Origin: Candidatus Hadarchaeales archaeon
GTDB lineage: Archaea; Hadarchaeota; Hadarchaeia; Hadarchaeales; WYZ-LMO6
Length of the DNA: 64,000 nt
Direction: 5' to 3'
Assembly (NCBI GenBank): GCA_038851755.1
Contig: JAWCKR010000002.1
Location: 32,001-96,000, forward strand
A program made the position numbers and the translations under genes. Below are positions 8,991 to 18,267 of this stretch, in pieces (within the stretch, counting starts at the first letter, position 1; each line of letters begins with the position of its first letter). Under the pieces are notes generated by a model, which had not been told where the DNA came from, did no database searches, and saw only the letters and a program-made list of their open reading frames with translations.

Positions 8991-9484
8991 CCTTTCACCT
9001 CCTTCAGGGCCTCGCTGGAAAGCATGAGCCCCGTCAACAACTTCTGGGCGGCGGAAATCCTGTTCTTCAAGCTCGTTGTCTCCGAGACCACCAGTTCCAG
9101 GGCCCCCGTGGGGCAGGCCTTTGCGCATTCCGGGTCTCCGTCACAGAGGTCGCAGATCCTGACCACGTTGGTCTCCTCGTCGAGCACGATGGCCCCGAAG
9201 GGGCACACGTTCAGGCACCAGGTGCATCCTATGCATTTCTGGGGGTCCACCTTTATCCTGTGCTTCTCGTCCATCTCCAGCGCCCCTTCCGGGCAGGAAC
9301 TGACGCAGGGCGGTTTGTCGCAGAACTGGCAGTTGAGGGGCAGGAAAAAGTAGGGTGGAACGAAGGTCACCCTTATCAGGGCCTTTTTGGGGTTGTACTC
9401 CTTCTTTTTGGCGTCCAGACAAGCGAGTTCACACGTTCTGCAGCCCGTGCACTTGTCCAGGTCCACCCTGAGGTATAGGCGCAT
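8987..9484 (-). CDS. 4Fe-4S polyferredoxin subunit partner of AOR
   Basis: CTGCRTCELAC, CQFCDKPPCVSSCP, CIGCTWCLNVCP, CDLCDGDPECAKACP; overlaps the aor start. Confidence 0.88.
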   Translation of the reverse strand: MRLYLRVDLDKCTGCRTCELACLDAKKKEYNPKKALIRVTFVPPYFFLPLNCQFCDKPPCVSSCPEGALEMDEKHRIKVDPQKCIGCTWCLNVCPFGAIVLDEETNVVRICDLCDGDPECAKACPTGALELVVSETTSLKNRISAAQKLLTGLMLSSEALKEVKG

Positions 9485-9506
9485 TTTCCTTTTTTCCATC
9501 CGAGGG

Positions 9507-11258
9507 TTAAAAACTTATCCCTCTTCCACCCTCGAGTTCAGAGAGGAATTCAGCGCCGGGCGTTTCCTTGAAGCTCCTCACCACCTCCTCCGGGCTTCCC
9601 TCCTTCACCAGCTTTCCGTCCAGCATGAGGAGGGCCCTGTGAGAGATCTCACGGACGAAGTCCAGATGGTGGCTCACCACGATCATGGTGAGTCCCGTCT
9701 CTTTGTTGAGGAGCTTCAGCACGTTGGTCACCCCCCGCAGGGTGAGGGGATCCAGGTCCCCGAAGGGTTCGTCCAGGAAGAGGAGGGAGGGGCGGAAGAG
9801 GAGCTCGAGGGCTATGGCGAGCCTTATCCTCTCCCCCCAGGAGAGTTCGAAGGTCTTTCTCTCCACGACCTCCTCCGGTAGCTGACAGAGCTTCAGCGTG
9901 GGCTTTATCACCTTCGAGACGGCTTCCCAGGGAGCCACGGGAAAGAGTTCCCTCACCAGGTTCTCCTCCAGCCCCAGCTCCCTGAGCCTGGCCTCCGCCT
10001 CCTTCTCTGGATAGTCCGTGAGCCTGTAGAGGGCATCCACCACCTCCTCCCTCAGCCCCAGCTCCCTAGCCTTAAGCCTGGCATGGGCGAGAGCCCTCTC
10101 CCCCTTCACCCCCATCCTGGACATGGCGAGTTCCTTCACCGTGGCGTGGTAGGGCAGGTCCAGCTCCTGGTGAATCCTCCCCATCCTCCTCCTCACCTCC
10201 ATCGACCTGTAGCTCAGCCTGGTGATGTCCACCGTCTTCCCTCCCATCCGGTACAGGACCTCCCCCTCGTCGGGGAGTTCCATGCCGGAGAGCAGCCTGA
10301 GCAGCACGGTCTTTCCCACACCGGAGGGTCCCACGATGGAGAGGATCTCTCCTTCCCTGACCTCGAAGCTCACTCCCTTCAGCTCGAAGGTCTCCCTGAG
10401 GATTTCGGCGTGGTATCTCTTCCTGAGGTTCCTCACCTTGAGGAGGATTCTGCGTTTGGGGCTGGAGAGGGGGAGGGGGGGTTCCAGCTGGGAGAGGAAG
10501 CGTGAGATCACCTCCCTGGGGGGCCCTATCGTGATCACCCTCTTTTCCAGCCACATCACCCTGTCGGAGAGAGCCAGCAGGAGGGAAGGGAGATGGGAGG
10601 CCACGAGGACCGAGACCCCCAGTTCTTCCCTGGTTCTCCTTATCTCGTCCACCGCCTGCTTCTTGGTGGCAGGGCAGGTCATGGTCACGGGCTCGTCCAG
10701 CAGAAGGAGGAGGGGTCTCTCCCCCAGGGCCAGCTGCCTGGCCAGCACCAGCCTCTGCTTCTCCCCCCCGCTGAGGGTGAAAGCCGGATGCTGGGCCTTC
10801 CGAGCCAACCCCACCTTCTCCAGGATCTCCCTGCCCTTTTCCTGGAGCCTCTCAAAATCCTCGGAGTCCTCGGGGGGGAGGGGGGCGGCCTCGTCCCCCG
10901 TTTCGAGCGCGTTGAGCCTCCTCATCACGTTCTCCAGCACGGTTCCTTCCCAGAGGCCGAAGGAGCGCTGGAGGTGGAGGGCGGTCAGCTCCCTCAGCTT
11001 CCTGAAGGTCTCGGGAGGGGAGGAGGGAGTAACGGTGATCTCCCCCATCCTTATCTCCCCTTTCTCGAAGGGTAGCGAGCCCCTGAGGACGCGGATGAGG
11101 GTGCTCTTTCCCCCCCCGCTCCTTCCTATGATGCCCAGGATCTCTCCCCTCCCCAGGTCGAAAGAGAGGTCCTCCAGAGCCTCCACCCTCCCCCCTCCCT
11201 CGAGCGGATAGCTCTTGTGCAGCCCCCTGACGCTGAGGAGGGTACCCTCGGGCTCCAT
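9507..11258 (-). CDS. AtwA (component A2) paralogue, double-domain soluble ABC ATPase
   Basis: Two ABC domains (GRSGGGKS/LSGGEKQR/LDEP and GPSGVGKT/LSWGERIR/LDEP), AtwA-like LQRSFGLW..TVLENV and MG.IHQE, no TM segments, divergent from the marker operon. Confidence 0.75.
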   Translation of the reverse strand: MEPEGTLLSVRGLHKSYPLEGGGRVEALEDLSFDLGRGEILGIIGRSGGGKSTLIRVLRGSLPFEKGEIRMGEITVTPSSPPETFRKLRELTALHLQRSFGLWEGTVLENVMRRLNALETGDEAAPLPPEDSEDFERLQEKGREILEKVGLARKAQHPAFTLSGGEKQRLVLARQLALGERPLLLLLDEPVTMTCPATKKQAVDEIRRTREELGVSVLVASHLPSLLLALSDRVMWLEKRVITIGPPREVISRFLSQLEPPLPLSSPKRRILLKVRNLRKRYHAEILRETFELKGVSFEVREGEILSIVGPSGVGKTVLLRLLSGMELPDEGEVLYRMGGKTVDITRLSYRSMEVRRRMGRIHQELDLPYHATVKELAMSRMGVKGERALAHARLKARELGLREEVVDALYRLTDYPEKEAEARLRELGLEENLVRELFPVAPWEAVSKVIKPTLKLCQLPEEVVERKTFELSWGERIRLAIALELLFRPSLLFLDEPFGDLDPLTLRGVTNVLKLLNKETGLTMIVVSHHLDFVREISHRALLMLDGKLVKEGSPEEVVRSFKETPGAEFLSELEGGRGISF

Positions 11259-11310
11259 CCTCTATTTAAACCCTCGATGGGACTAAAAGGGAAACTCCCC
11301 CATTCTGGTT

Positions 11311-12663
11311 GTGAAGACGGTTACTCTGGCTTCCCCTGAGGTCTACTCCTACGGGGCCATGCTCATCGGAGGGGTTCTGAGGGAGAAGGGTTACCGAGTC
11401 AGGTTAGTCCGAGGACTGGAAGGGCTGGAGGGAGAGCTGGTGGGCCTTAGCCTGACCTCCCTTTCCCATCTCCGCGGGGCGAGGAAGGTGGTTCCCCTCC
11501 TGAAAAGGAGAGGAGCCAGGGTGGTGGTGGGGGGGTCCATCACGCAGGTGCCCGAGCTGGTCCTGAGGTCCCTCCCGGAGGTGGATGCGGTGGTGGTGGG
11601 GGAGGGTGAGCGGTCGGCTCCCGAGCTCTTCGAGGTCCTACTCTCGGGAGGGGAGCTGGAGGAGGTGGAGGGACTGGCTTTCGTGAGGGAGGGAGAGGAG
11701 GTGAGGACCCCTCCGGGTACTCCCCCCGAGCTCTCGGGGAGGCCCCTCCCCGAGATACCACCGGACATCTGGACACAGGACATAAGGGGTGCCCAGGTGT
11801 ACCTGGAGACCCACAGGGGATGTCTTGGCGGTTGCGGTTTCTGCCAGGTTCCATGCTTCTTCGGCCGCAGGGTGAGGTCAAGGCCGCTGGAGGAGATCGT
11901 GGGGGAGGTGAAGGCCTTCAGGGAGAAGGGAGTGCGAAGGATTTCCCTCTTCGGGGGCACCTCCACCCAGTACGGCAGGGGGAGGGAGGAAAGGGGGAGC
12001 TTCGTGGAACTCCTGGAGAGGGTGGGCGGGCTGGTGGGGCCGAAGAACCTCTCCGTTCCCGACCTGAGGGTGGACGAGGTGAATAAGGAGGTGCTGGAGG
12101 CCCTGAAGAGGTACACCATAGGCTTCGTGCTCTTTGGCATAGAATCGGGAAGCGAGCGGATGCTCAAGAAAATGAGGAAGGGGATCACGGTGGAGAAGAT
12201 ACGGGAGGGGGTGGAGAGCGCCAGAGAGAAGGGGCTGGAGGTGGGTGGGGCCTTCATCGTGGGCTACCCGGGTGAGACGGACGAGGACTACAGGGAGACC
12301 AGGGAGATGGTGGAGGAGCTGATGCTGGACGAATACACCATCAGCCTGGCCGACCCCCTGCCCGGAACCCCGCTGGCGGAGGAGGTGTGCAGGCTGCCGG
12401 AGGAGGAGAATCCGGTGTTCAGGAGGGAGGAGGGGAAGTGGAGGAACCTGGGCCTCACGGTGGCCGAGGCCAGGGCCCTGGACCTCATGCTCACCGCCTC
12501 CTGCGCCCGTTCCAGACCCCTTCCCCTCACGGACGAGTTCTACCGGAGGCTGGTGGAGGAGGTGAGGAGGCAGGGGGAGGAGATAAGGACCAACACCAGG
12601 GAGCTGAAGAGGCTCCTCGGGAACCCTGGAACCGTTTTTAGGGAAGAAAGGGGAAAGGGATGA
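11311..12663 (+). CDS. mgmA: B12-dependent radical SAM, MCR glutamine C-methyltransferase (MJ0865 family)
   Basis: N-terminal SPEVYSYGAMLIGGVL, QDIRGAQVYLETHRGCLGGCGFCQVP (CxxxCxxC), SVPDLRVD, GIESGS. Confidence 0.8.
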   Translation: MKTVTLASPEVYSYGAMLIGGVLREKGYRVRLVRGLEGLEGELVGLSLTSLSHLRGARKVVPLLKRRGARVVVGGSITQVPELVLRSLPEVDAVVVGEGERSAPELFEVLLSGGELEEVEGLAFVREGEEVRTPPGTPPELSGRPLPEIPPDIWTQDIRGAQVYLETHRGCLGGCGFCQVPCFFGRRVRSRPLEEIVGEVKAFREKGVRRISLFGGTSTQYGRGREERGSFVELLERVGGLVGPKNLSVPDLRVDEVNKEVLEALKRYTIGFVLFGIESGSERMLKKMRKGITVEKIREGVESAREKGLEVGGAFIVGYPGETDEDYRETREMVEELMLDEYTISLADPLPGTPLAEEVCRLPEEENPVFRREEGKWRNLGLTVAEARALDLMLTASCARSRPLPLTDEFYRRLVEEVRRQGEEIRTNTRELKRLLGNPGTVFREERGKG

Positions 12664-14183
12664 TGGTCAGGGTCTTCATAAACGGGGAGGGGAAGGAGGT
12701 CCCCCCCAAACTCTCGGTTCTGAAGGCCCTGGAGCTCTCGGGGGCTCCCTACCGCGGGGACTGCAAGGTTCTGATAAGGAAGAGGGTGGAGGAGCGGGAG
12801 GAGCCAAGGGAGTACGTGCTGGAGACCAACAGGGGAGCCATCACCGTGGGGATAGAGGAGGGGGCCCTTGCCTGGTGGAGGGAGCGCTTCCCCCTCTTCT
12901 CCGGGAAAGGGATGTGGTGGGAGACCAACCATGCCGTGGTCTTCGGTCCCGTCGACCTGAGGGGAGCCGGAGTGAAGCCCAGCAGGGTGAAGAAAAGGTT
13001 CGAGGAGGGGGAGGTCTTCTTGGGGTTTGGGGGCTTCGACCTCTCCCAGGCCTTTCTGGGCTTCAGCAGGAGGAGTCACGAAGGTCTCTACGGAGTGCCC
13101 GAGGAAGTTCCTTCTCTCGGCAGGGTGGTGAGGGGTGGCCACCTCCTCGGTAGAGTGGGGAGGGGCGACCTGCTGTTGAGGGTGTACCCGCGGACGAAGG
13201 AGAGATGGGAGCCGGTGCAGGGGAACCCGGCGAGGGTGGAGGTGGAGGAGGGAATGGAGATTTTCACTTACCTGAAGGTGGTGCTCCTTCCCGAGGCCAA
13301 GGTTGGGGCCGAGCACCTTCTGGGGCTGAGTAAGGAGGGGGTCTGGAGGGTGAGCCAGACGGGCTCCGCCTTCCTCTCGGTGGAGGGCCTCCCCGTGGAT
13401 ACCCTGCCTCCCGAGAACACGACCATGAGGTTCAGGGGAACGGTAACGGTGAGGAACTCGGGTAAAAGGGTGGGCTCTCTCTACCTCTATCGCAAGGACT
13501 CCCCTCCCTCACCCCATCACAGCGTGGTGGGGAGAGTGGAGGTGGGCACGGAGATGCTTGACCATTCAGTCAAGGGTGACAGGTTCCTCGTCATGACAGT
13601 CCCCAAGAGAATGGTGGTGGTGGGGATGACGCAGGGGGAGGCCTCACGCTTCCTGCGGGAGGAGGGAGTGAGGCACCTGAGGGTGGGGGACGAGAGGGAC
13701 GAGGCCGTGATCATAGAGCAGAGACCGGAACTGACGCTGGAGGTCAAGGAGGAGGGGATGGTGGCGACCTTGGGGGTGGACCCCGGTGCGGTAATTCGCG
13801 TGAAGCTCTGGGAGGAAAAAGCACCTAAAAGCGTGGCCCACTTCAGGACGGTGGCGGAGATGGTCACCTCACGCGTGGGGAAGCTGAGCGTCATCGCCCT
13901 CACGGACGAGGTTCTCCTCCTGTCGAGCGTCAGGGGCAAGACCTTCAAGACCCTTCCCGCGGAGAACGTGCCGGAGGCGGAGGTGGGGGAGGGGACGCTG
14001 GGCGTTACCAATTCCTTCCGCAGGCTCACAGGCCTGCTCGGGGTGAGGCTGAAGCCCAGCAAGGTCTTCGGCCCCACCGGAGAGGCTTTAGAGGCCACCA
14101 ACCTCATAGGAGAGGTGATCGGGAGCTTGGAGAACCTGAAAAACAGGGAAGTGGGTGATGTGATATACGTGATGGAGGAGTGA
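12660..14183 (+). CDS. mmp3: Methanogenesis marker protein 3 (cyclophilin-like domains)
   Basis: LETNRG, AVVFGP, GGFD, PPEN..R.RGTVTVRNSG, HSVVGRV, APKSVAHFR, GVTN, FGPTGE..ATNLIG. Confidence 0.85.
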   Translation: MMVRVFINGEGKEVPPKLSVLKALELSGAPYRGDCKVLIRKRVEEREEPREYVLETNRGAITVGIEEGALAWWRERFPLFSGKGMWWETNHAVVFGPVDLRGAGVKPSRVKKRFEEGEVFLGFGGFDLSQAFLGFSRRSHEGLYGVPEEVPSLGRVVRGGHLLGRVGRGDLLLRVYPRTKERWEPVQGNPARVEVEEGMEIFTYLKVVLLPEAKVGAEHLLGLSKEGVWRVSQTGSAFLSVEGLPVDTLPPENTTMRFRGTVTVRNSGKRVGSLYLYRKDSPPSPHHSVVGRVEVGTEMLDHSVKGDRFLVMTVPKRMVVVGMTQGEASRFLREEGVRHLRVGDERDEAVIIEQRPELTLEVKEEGMVATLGVDPGAVIRVKLWEEKAPKSVAHFRTVAEMVTSRVGKLSVIALTDEVLLLSSVRGKTFKTLPAENVPEAEVGEGTLGVTNSFRRLTGLLGVRLKPSKVFGPTGEALEATNLIGEVIGSLENLKNREVGDVIYVMEE

Positions 14184-14608
14184 AGAAGGAAGGGCGCATC
14201 CTCGTGATCTCACCGGGCTCGGAGCTCACTCCCGAGGCCCTCTGCCGGTACCTGGTGGAGCGGGGGGTGAGGGCCAGGATCAAGGAAACGTGCTTCGGGG
14301 TGGTGCTGGAGGGAGAAGAGGAGGCGTTGCGTGAGGCCGTGAGGAGTGCCAGGGAGCTGGACCGATACGGTGTCTTCTCGAAGCCCAGGGGTTATCCCCC
14401 TGGGGATCCCAGGATATGCAGGGCCCACCGGGGAGGGAGCCCCAGGATGGGCTTTCACTTCCTGGACTACGAGCTCGAAAAGCTTCCCCTGATAGGTGAG
14501 GCCCTGAAGGACCTGGAGGAGGGGAGGGAAGCGGGGTTGAAGAGGGAGGAAAGGAGGAAACTCCCCGTGGGGGAACTCAAGCGGGTGCTGGCGGAGGAGG
14601 TACCTTGA
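14180..14608 (+). CDS. mmp6: Methanogenesis marker protein 6
   Basis: IKETCFG, FSKPRGYPPGDPRICRA.RGG.PR.GFH.L..E. Confidence 0.88.
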   Translation: MKKEGRILVISPGSELTPEALCRYLVERGVRARIKETCFGVVLEGEEEALREAVRSARELDRYGVFSKPRGYPPGDPRICRAHRGGSPRMGFHFLDYELEKLPLIGEALKDLEEGREAGLKREERRKLPVGELKRVLAEEVP

Positions 14609-15042
14609 AGGTCTTCATCTTCCCTCCCAACAGCCTGATCCTCTCCGACCTGGTGGAGAGGTTTGGCCACACCCCCCTCTCGCTGGGGAAGGAGATAGGC
14701 GAGAGGGTGAGGGACCCGGGTCTGGACAACCCGCCCCTCAACCTCACCGAGGAGGACCTGGTGAGGGGGCTCAGGTACGTTTCCATAGAGGCCCCCTCGG
14801 GGGTGAGGGGGAGGATGGGGGTGCTGGGTCCTCTGGTGGACCAGGCGGAGGCGGCCGTGGTGGTGAAGAACACCTCCTATGCCTTCGGTTGTTCCGGATG
14901 CGCCAGGGCCGGTCTTCAGGTCCTCTACCTGCTGAAGAGGAGGGGAATTCCCGTGCTGGAGGTGGAGTATCCCAACACTCGCGAGGAGGCCAGGGAGATG
15001 GTGAGGAGGATAGCGGAGTTCCTGGGGGGACTGAAGGGATGA
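14605..15042 (+). CDS. mmp5: Methanogenesis marker protein 5
   Basis: MKVFIFPPNSLILSDLVERFGH, IEAPSGVRGRM, FGCSGCAR. Confidence 0.9.
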   Translation: MKVFIFPPNSLILSDLVERFGHTPLSLGKEIGERVRDPGLDNPPLNLTEEDLVRGLRYVSIEAPSGVRGRMGVLGPLVDQAEAAVVVKNTSYAFGCSGCARAGLQVLYLLKRRGIPVLEVEYPNTREEAREMVRRIAEFLGGLKG

Positions 15043-16259
15043 CCAGGATAGCCCAGCTTTCCTGCGGGACCGAGTGGAGCGGGATTCAGGCCATGCTGGA
15101 GAAGGCGGCCGGGATGGTGGGGGCGGAGCTCTTCTTCCCCGAGGTGGACCTGGAGAGCATCGACAGGGCGGTGGAGGAGGTGGGGCTGGAGGTGCAGAGC
15201 CCCAACCTCAGGCTCATGATCGCCAGGGCCAAGGCCCTGGCGGAAGGTGTTCCCGCGGACGCCGCCCTCATCCTCACTTGTTTCAGGTGTGCGGAGGGGG
15301 TGCTGGCCAAGCACGCGGTGAGGAGGTACCTCCAGGAGCACACCAACCTTCCCCTGGTGATGTACTCTTTCACGGAGAAGCCCAAGCTCGGGGAGCTCCT
15401 CATCAGGATGGAGGCGCTGGTAACGCTCGCGGAGAAGAAGACCCTGCTGGCGAGGGAGAGGCAGGAGGGGCTCACCCTGGGCATAGACTCCGGCTCCTCC
15501 ACCACCAAGGCGGTGGTGATGAGGGACAACGAGGTGATAGGCACGGGGTGGACCCCCACCACTGAGGTGGTGGAGGCGGCGGAGAGGGTGAAGAGGGAGG
15601 CCCTGGCGCAGGCGGGGGTGAAGGAGGGGGAGATAGAAGGGGTGGGGGTAACGGGCTACGGGAGGTTCCTGCTGGGAGAGCTCCTGAAGGCTGACCTGGT
15701 GCAGGAGGAGCTCACGGTGGTCTCGAAGGGGACGGCCTTCCTCTCCGGAGTGCAGAGGGGGGAGGCCACCGTGATAGACATAGGGGGACTGGACAACAAG
15801 GTGATGACCCTCCTCAACGGCATACCGGACAGCTTCACGATGGGGGGTGTGTGTGCGGGCTCGTCCGGAAGGTTCCTGGAGCTTGCGGCCTCCAGGCTGG
15901 GTGTGGATGTCCCCACCCTGGGCAAGCTCGCGCTGAGAGGGGATCCCGAGAAGGTGAGGATGGACAGCTACTGTGCCATCTTCGGGATCCAGGATCTGGT
16001 TTCGGGGCTGGCGAGCGGGAGCGCCAGGGAGGACATCGCCGCGGCCGCCTGCAGGAGCGTGGCCAGGCAGGTCTTCGAGACCCAGCTGCAGGAGATAGAC
16101 CTCAGGCTGCCCGTGATAGAGGTGGGGGGGACGGCCCTGGTGGAGGGTCTGGTGAAGGAGATGAGGGAGATTCTGAAGGTGGACATCAGGGTGCCCAACC
16201 TGCCTCAGTTCGGGGGAGCCGTGGGAGCGGCCCTCCTGGTGTCGGGGGTCAAGGGTTGA
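15039..16259 (+). CDS. mmp15: Methanogenesis marker protein 15 (BcrAD/HgdC-type ATP-dependent activase)
   Basis: RIAQLSCGTEWSG, TCFRCAEG, GIDSGSSTTKA, TGYGR, IDIGG.DNK, FTMGGVCAGSSGRFL, SYC.IFGIQ. Confidence 0.9.
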   Translation: MTRIAQLSCGTEWSGIQAMLEKAAGMVGAELFFPEVDLESIDRAVEEVGLEVQSPNLRLMIARAKALAEGVPADAALILTCFRCAEGVLAKHAVRRYLQEHTNLPLVMYSFTEKPKLGELLIRMEALVTLAEKKTLLARERQEGLTLGIDSGSSTTKAVVMRDNEVIGTGWTPTTEVVEAAERVKREALAQAGVKEGEIEGVGVTGYGRFLLGELLKADLVQEELTVVSKGTAFLSGVQRGEATVIDIGGLDNKVMTLLNGIPDSFTMGGVCAGSSGRFLELAASRLGVDVPTLGKLALRGDPEKVRMDSYCAIFGIQDLVSGLASGSAREDIAAAACRSVARQVFETQLQEIDLRLPVIEVGGTALVEGLVKEMREILKVDIRVPNLPQFGGAVGAALLVSGVKG

Positions 16260-16933
16260 CCGAGAAGGTGTTTGTGGAGTCCCTGGACCCCTCCTACCAG
16301 TACGGCTACGGTGTCCTCATGTCCAAGGTGATAGCGGAGCACGCCTTGTCCGAGCTGGCCCTGGGGGGGGCGCTGGAGGAGCTGAGGATCTTGGTGGACA
16401 TGAGGAAGCCCCTCTTCGCGGTCAGTGTTCGGCTGGGTCCCCCTCTTCCCCCCGTGAGGGTGGGGGACTGCGCCAGGGTGCAGGAGGGTCCGGACGGGAT
16501 CCACGTGGTCCTGCTGGACGAGGGTCAGGCCCCCTTCCTGGCCAGGCTCCTGAGGGAGAGGTTCGGGGGGAGTCTGGAGCAGCTGGACCGGTGGGAAGTG
16601 GTGGTGCCTTCCCGGGTGATACCGGTGAAGGAACTGGAAAAGCTGGTGGTCTCTCATCCCCAGGAGAGAACGATGGGGAGGATCATGGACGCGCTCGACA
16701 GGATTATACCGGTGGGCTTCAGGGTGCGCTATGCGGAGAGGGGGGAGAACTCCCTGCTCCTGATGGCATCGGAGAACCCCATCAAAGAAGGGTGGGTGAG
16801 GGAGGTGAAGGAGGCCCTGAAGAAGCCTCCCGTCCCGGTCCCACCCGAGAAGATGGAGGGGATAAGGAGGAAGGTGGAAGCGGCCGAAATAGCTCCCAAG
16901 TTCAAGGAAGGGGCCATGCCCTGGAGGCTGTAG
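16256..16933 (+). CDS. mmp17: Methanogenesis marker protein 17
   Basis: TTG overlaps the mmp15 stop. VFVES.D, PLF, DALDRIIPVGFRVR, MASEN.IK..W; conserved position between mmp15 and mmp7. Confidence 0.78.
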   Translation: MTEKVFVESLDPSYQYGYGVLMSKVIAEHALSELALGGALEELRILVDMRKPLFAVSVRLGPPLPPVRVGDCARVQEGPDGIHVVLLDEGQAPFLARLLRERFGGSLEQLDRWEVVVPSRVIPVKELEKLVVSHPQERTMGRIMDALDRIIPVGFRVRYAERGENSLLLMASENPIKEGWVREVKEALKKPPVPVPPEKMEGIRRKVEAAEIAPKFKEGAMPWRL

Positions 16934-16936
16934 AGC

Positions 16937-17887
16937 TTGCCCGGGTTCCTCTTCGAGGGGGGAGGTTACAGGCACCAGGAGCTGCTCGAGCTGGTGGAGG
17001 ACCTGGGAGGCTCCATCCTCCAGGTGAGGGTGGTGGGAACGGAGGTCACCATCACCTTCTCCGTCCCAGAAGAGGATGTGGCGGAGGTGGAGGACCTGGT
17101 GAGGGACCTCCAGGGGAAGCTGAAGAAGCTTCCCCTGCTGGGCTCCGAGATAGCGGTGGTCTCCCCCACCATCACCCGCCATCACCTCCCCCACCCCCTC
17201 TGCGACGTGGCCGAGTACCTGCGCAGGGAGGGAGCCAAGACCAACATGATCGGGCTGGCGAGAGGCCCGGGGCAAAGAACCTGTCAGATCAGCGTGGAGG
17301 AGAGGAGGTTGATAGAGGAGCACGACGCCGCGGTCTTCGTGCTCGGGAACTTCGAGTACTGTCTGAGGGAGCACAAGTGGAAGCTCTTCAAGGACCTGTC
17401 GGTGCCGGTGGTGGTGGCGGGCGGTCCGGAGCTTTCCTCCCTCCCCTACGCCTTCTCCTACATCTCGGGGATGGGGAGGCTGCCCTACAGGGCCAGGACC
17501 TTCACGGAGATAGGGAAGCTGGATGAGGTGGCAAGGGCCGTGGAGAGGGCGCTTGAAGAGAGGAGGAAGAGGCTTTCCCTCGATCCTCCCCTCCTCTCCC
17601 CCCTGGTCCTGAAGGGGGAGATAGAGCACAGGCTTGAGGAGGTCAGGAGGTGCGGGGCACCCTTGCCCGTCACCCCCAGGCTGGGAGGGGTGAGGGTCAA
17701 GCTCCCCTACGACAGGTTCGCGGGAGTGTTGTCGGAACTGGAGGTGGCGGGGTACAGACTGGGAGAGATAGCGGAGATCCGCAGGTCCCTGATGAGGGAC
17801 TACATCCTGGTCGACCTCCTTCCCCTCTCGAGGCTGGAGCTTCCCCGAAAGGGACTCAGGGCTATAAGCGGTGGGGTGGAGGTTTAA
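16937..17887 (+). CDS. mmp7: Methanogenesis marker protein 7
   Basis: FEGGGYRH.EL.ELVEDLGG, GSEIAVVSPT..RHHLPHPLCDVAEYLRR.GAKTNMIGLARG.G, LIEEHD.AVF..GNF..C, G.RVKLPY. Confidence 0.9.
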   Translation: MPGFLFEGGGYRHQELLELVEDLGGSILQVRVVGTEVTITFSVPEEDVAEVEDLVRDLQGKLKKLPLLGSEIAVVSPTITRHHLPHPLCDVAEYLRREGAKTNMIGLARGPGQRTCQISVEERRLIEEHDAAVFVLGNFEYCLREHKWKLFKDLSVPVVVAGGPELSSLPYAFSYISGMGRLPYRARTFTEIGKLDEVARAVERALEERRKRLSLDPPLLSPLVLKGEIEHRLEEVRRCGAPLPVTPRLGGVRVKLPYDRFAGVLSELEVAGYRLGEIAEIRRSLMRDYILVDLLPLSRLELPRKGLRAISGGVEV

Positions 17888-17889
17888 GG

Positions 17890-18267
17890 GTGGAGACCGG
17901 GAAGCCAGAGGTGGAGGTCTTTCCGTACAGGCTGCCGAGCGATGAGACCGTTTCCAAGTTCCTGAACCTGCTCAGGGGGATAAAGGGGGTGTCCAGGGTG
18001 ATGATGCATGGGCCCTCCATCTACTACCGCAGGTTCATCGAGGTGGGCGGGAAGAAGATCGTCCTGCGCATCCAGGTGGGGAAGTTCTGGGTGGAGATGG
18101 AGACCCTGGAGGAGCTGGAGACCCTGAAGGAGGTTTGCAGGCAGGTCTTCCCCTACGGCTTCGAGCTCAAGGTTGGGAGGTTCACGAGGGAGAAGGAGCC
18201 CCTGAGCGGGAGGAGGCTGGTGCTCAGGATGGACACCTGCTTCCTGGAGGGCGGTGAGGAAGAGTGA
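17890..18267 (+). CDS. mcrD: MCR operon protein D (McrD)
   Basis: EVFPYRLP..ET..KFLN, V.RVMMHG, I.V.G..I.LRIQVG, C..VFPYGFELKVGRF. GTG start after GGAGGT. Confidence 0.75.
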   Translation: METGKPEVEVFPYRLPSDETVSKFLNLLRGIKGVSRVMMHGPSIYYRRFIEVGGKKIVLRIQVGKFWVEMETLEELETLKEVCRQVFPYGFELKVGRFTREKEPLSGRRLVLRMDTCFLEGGEEE

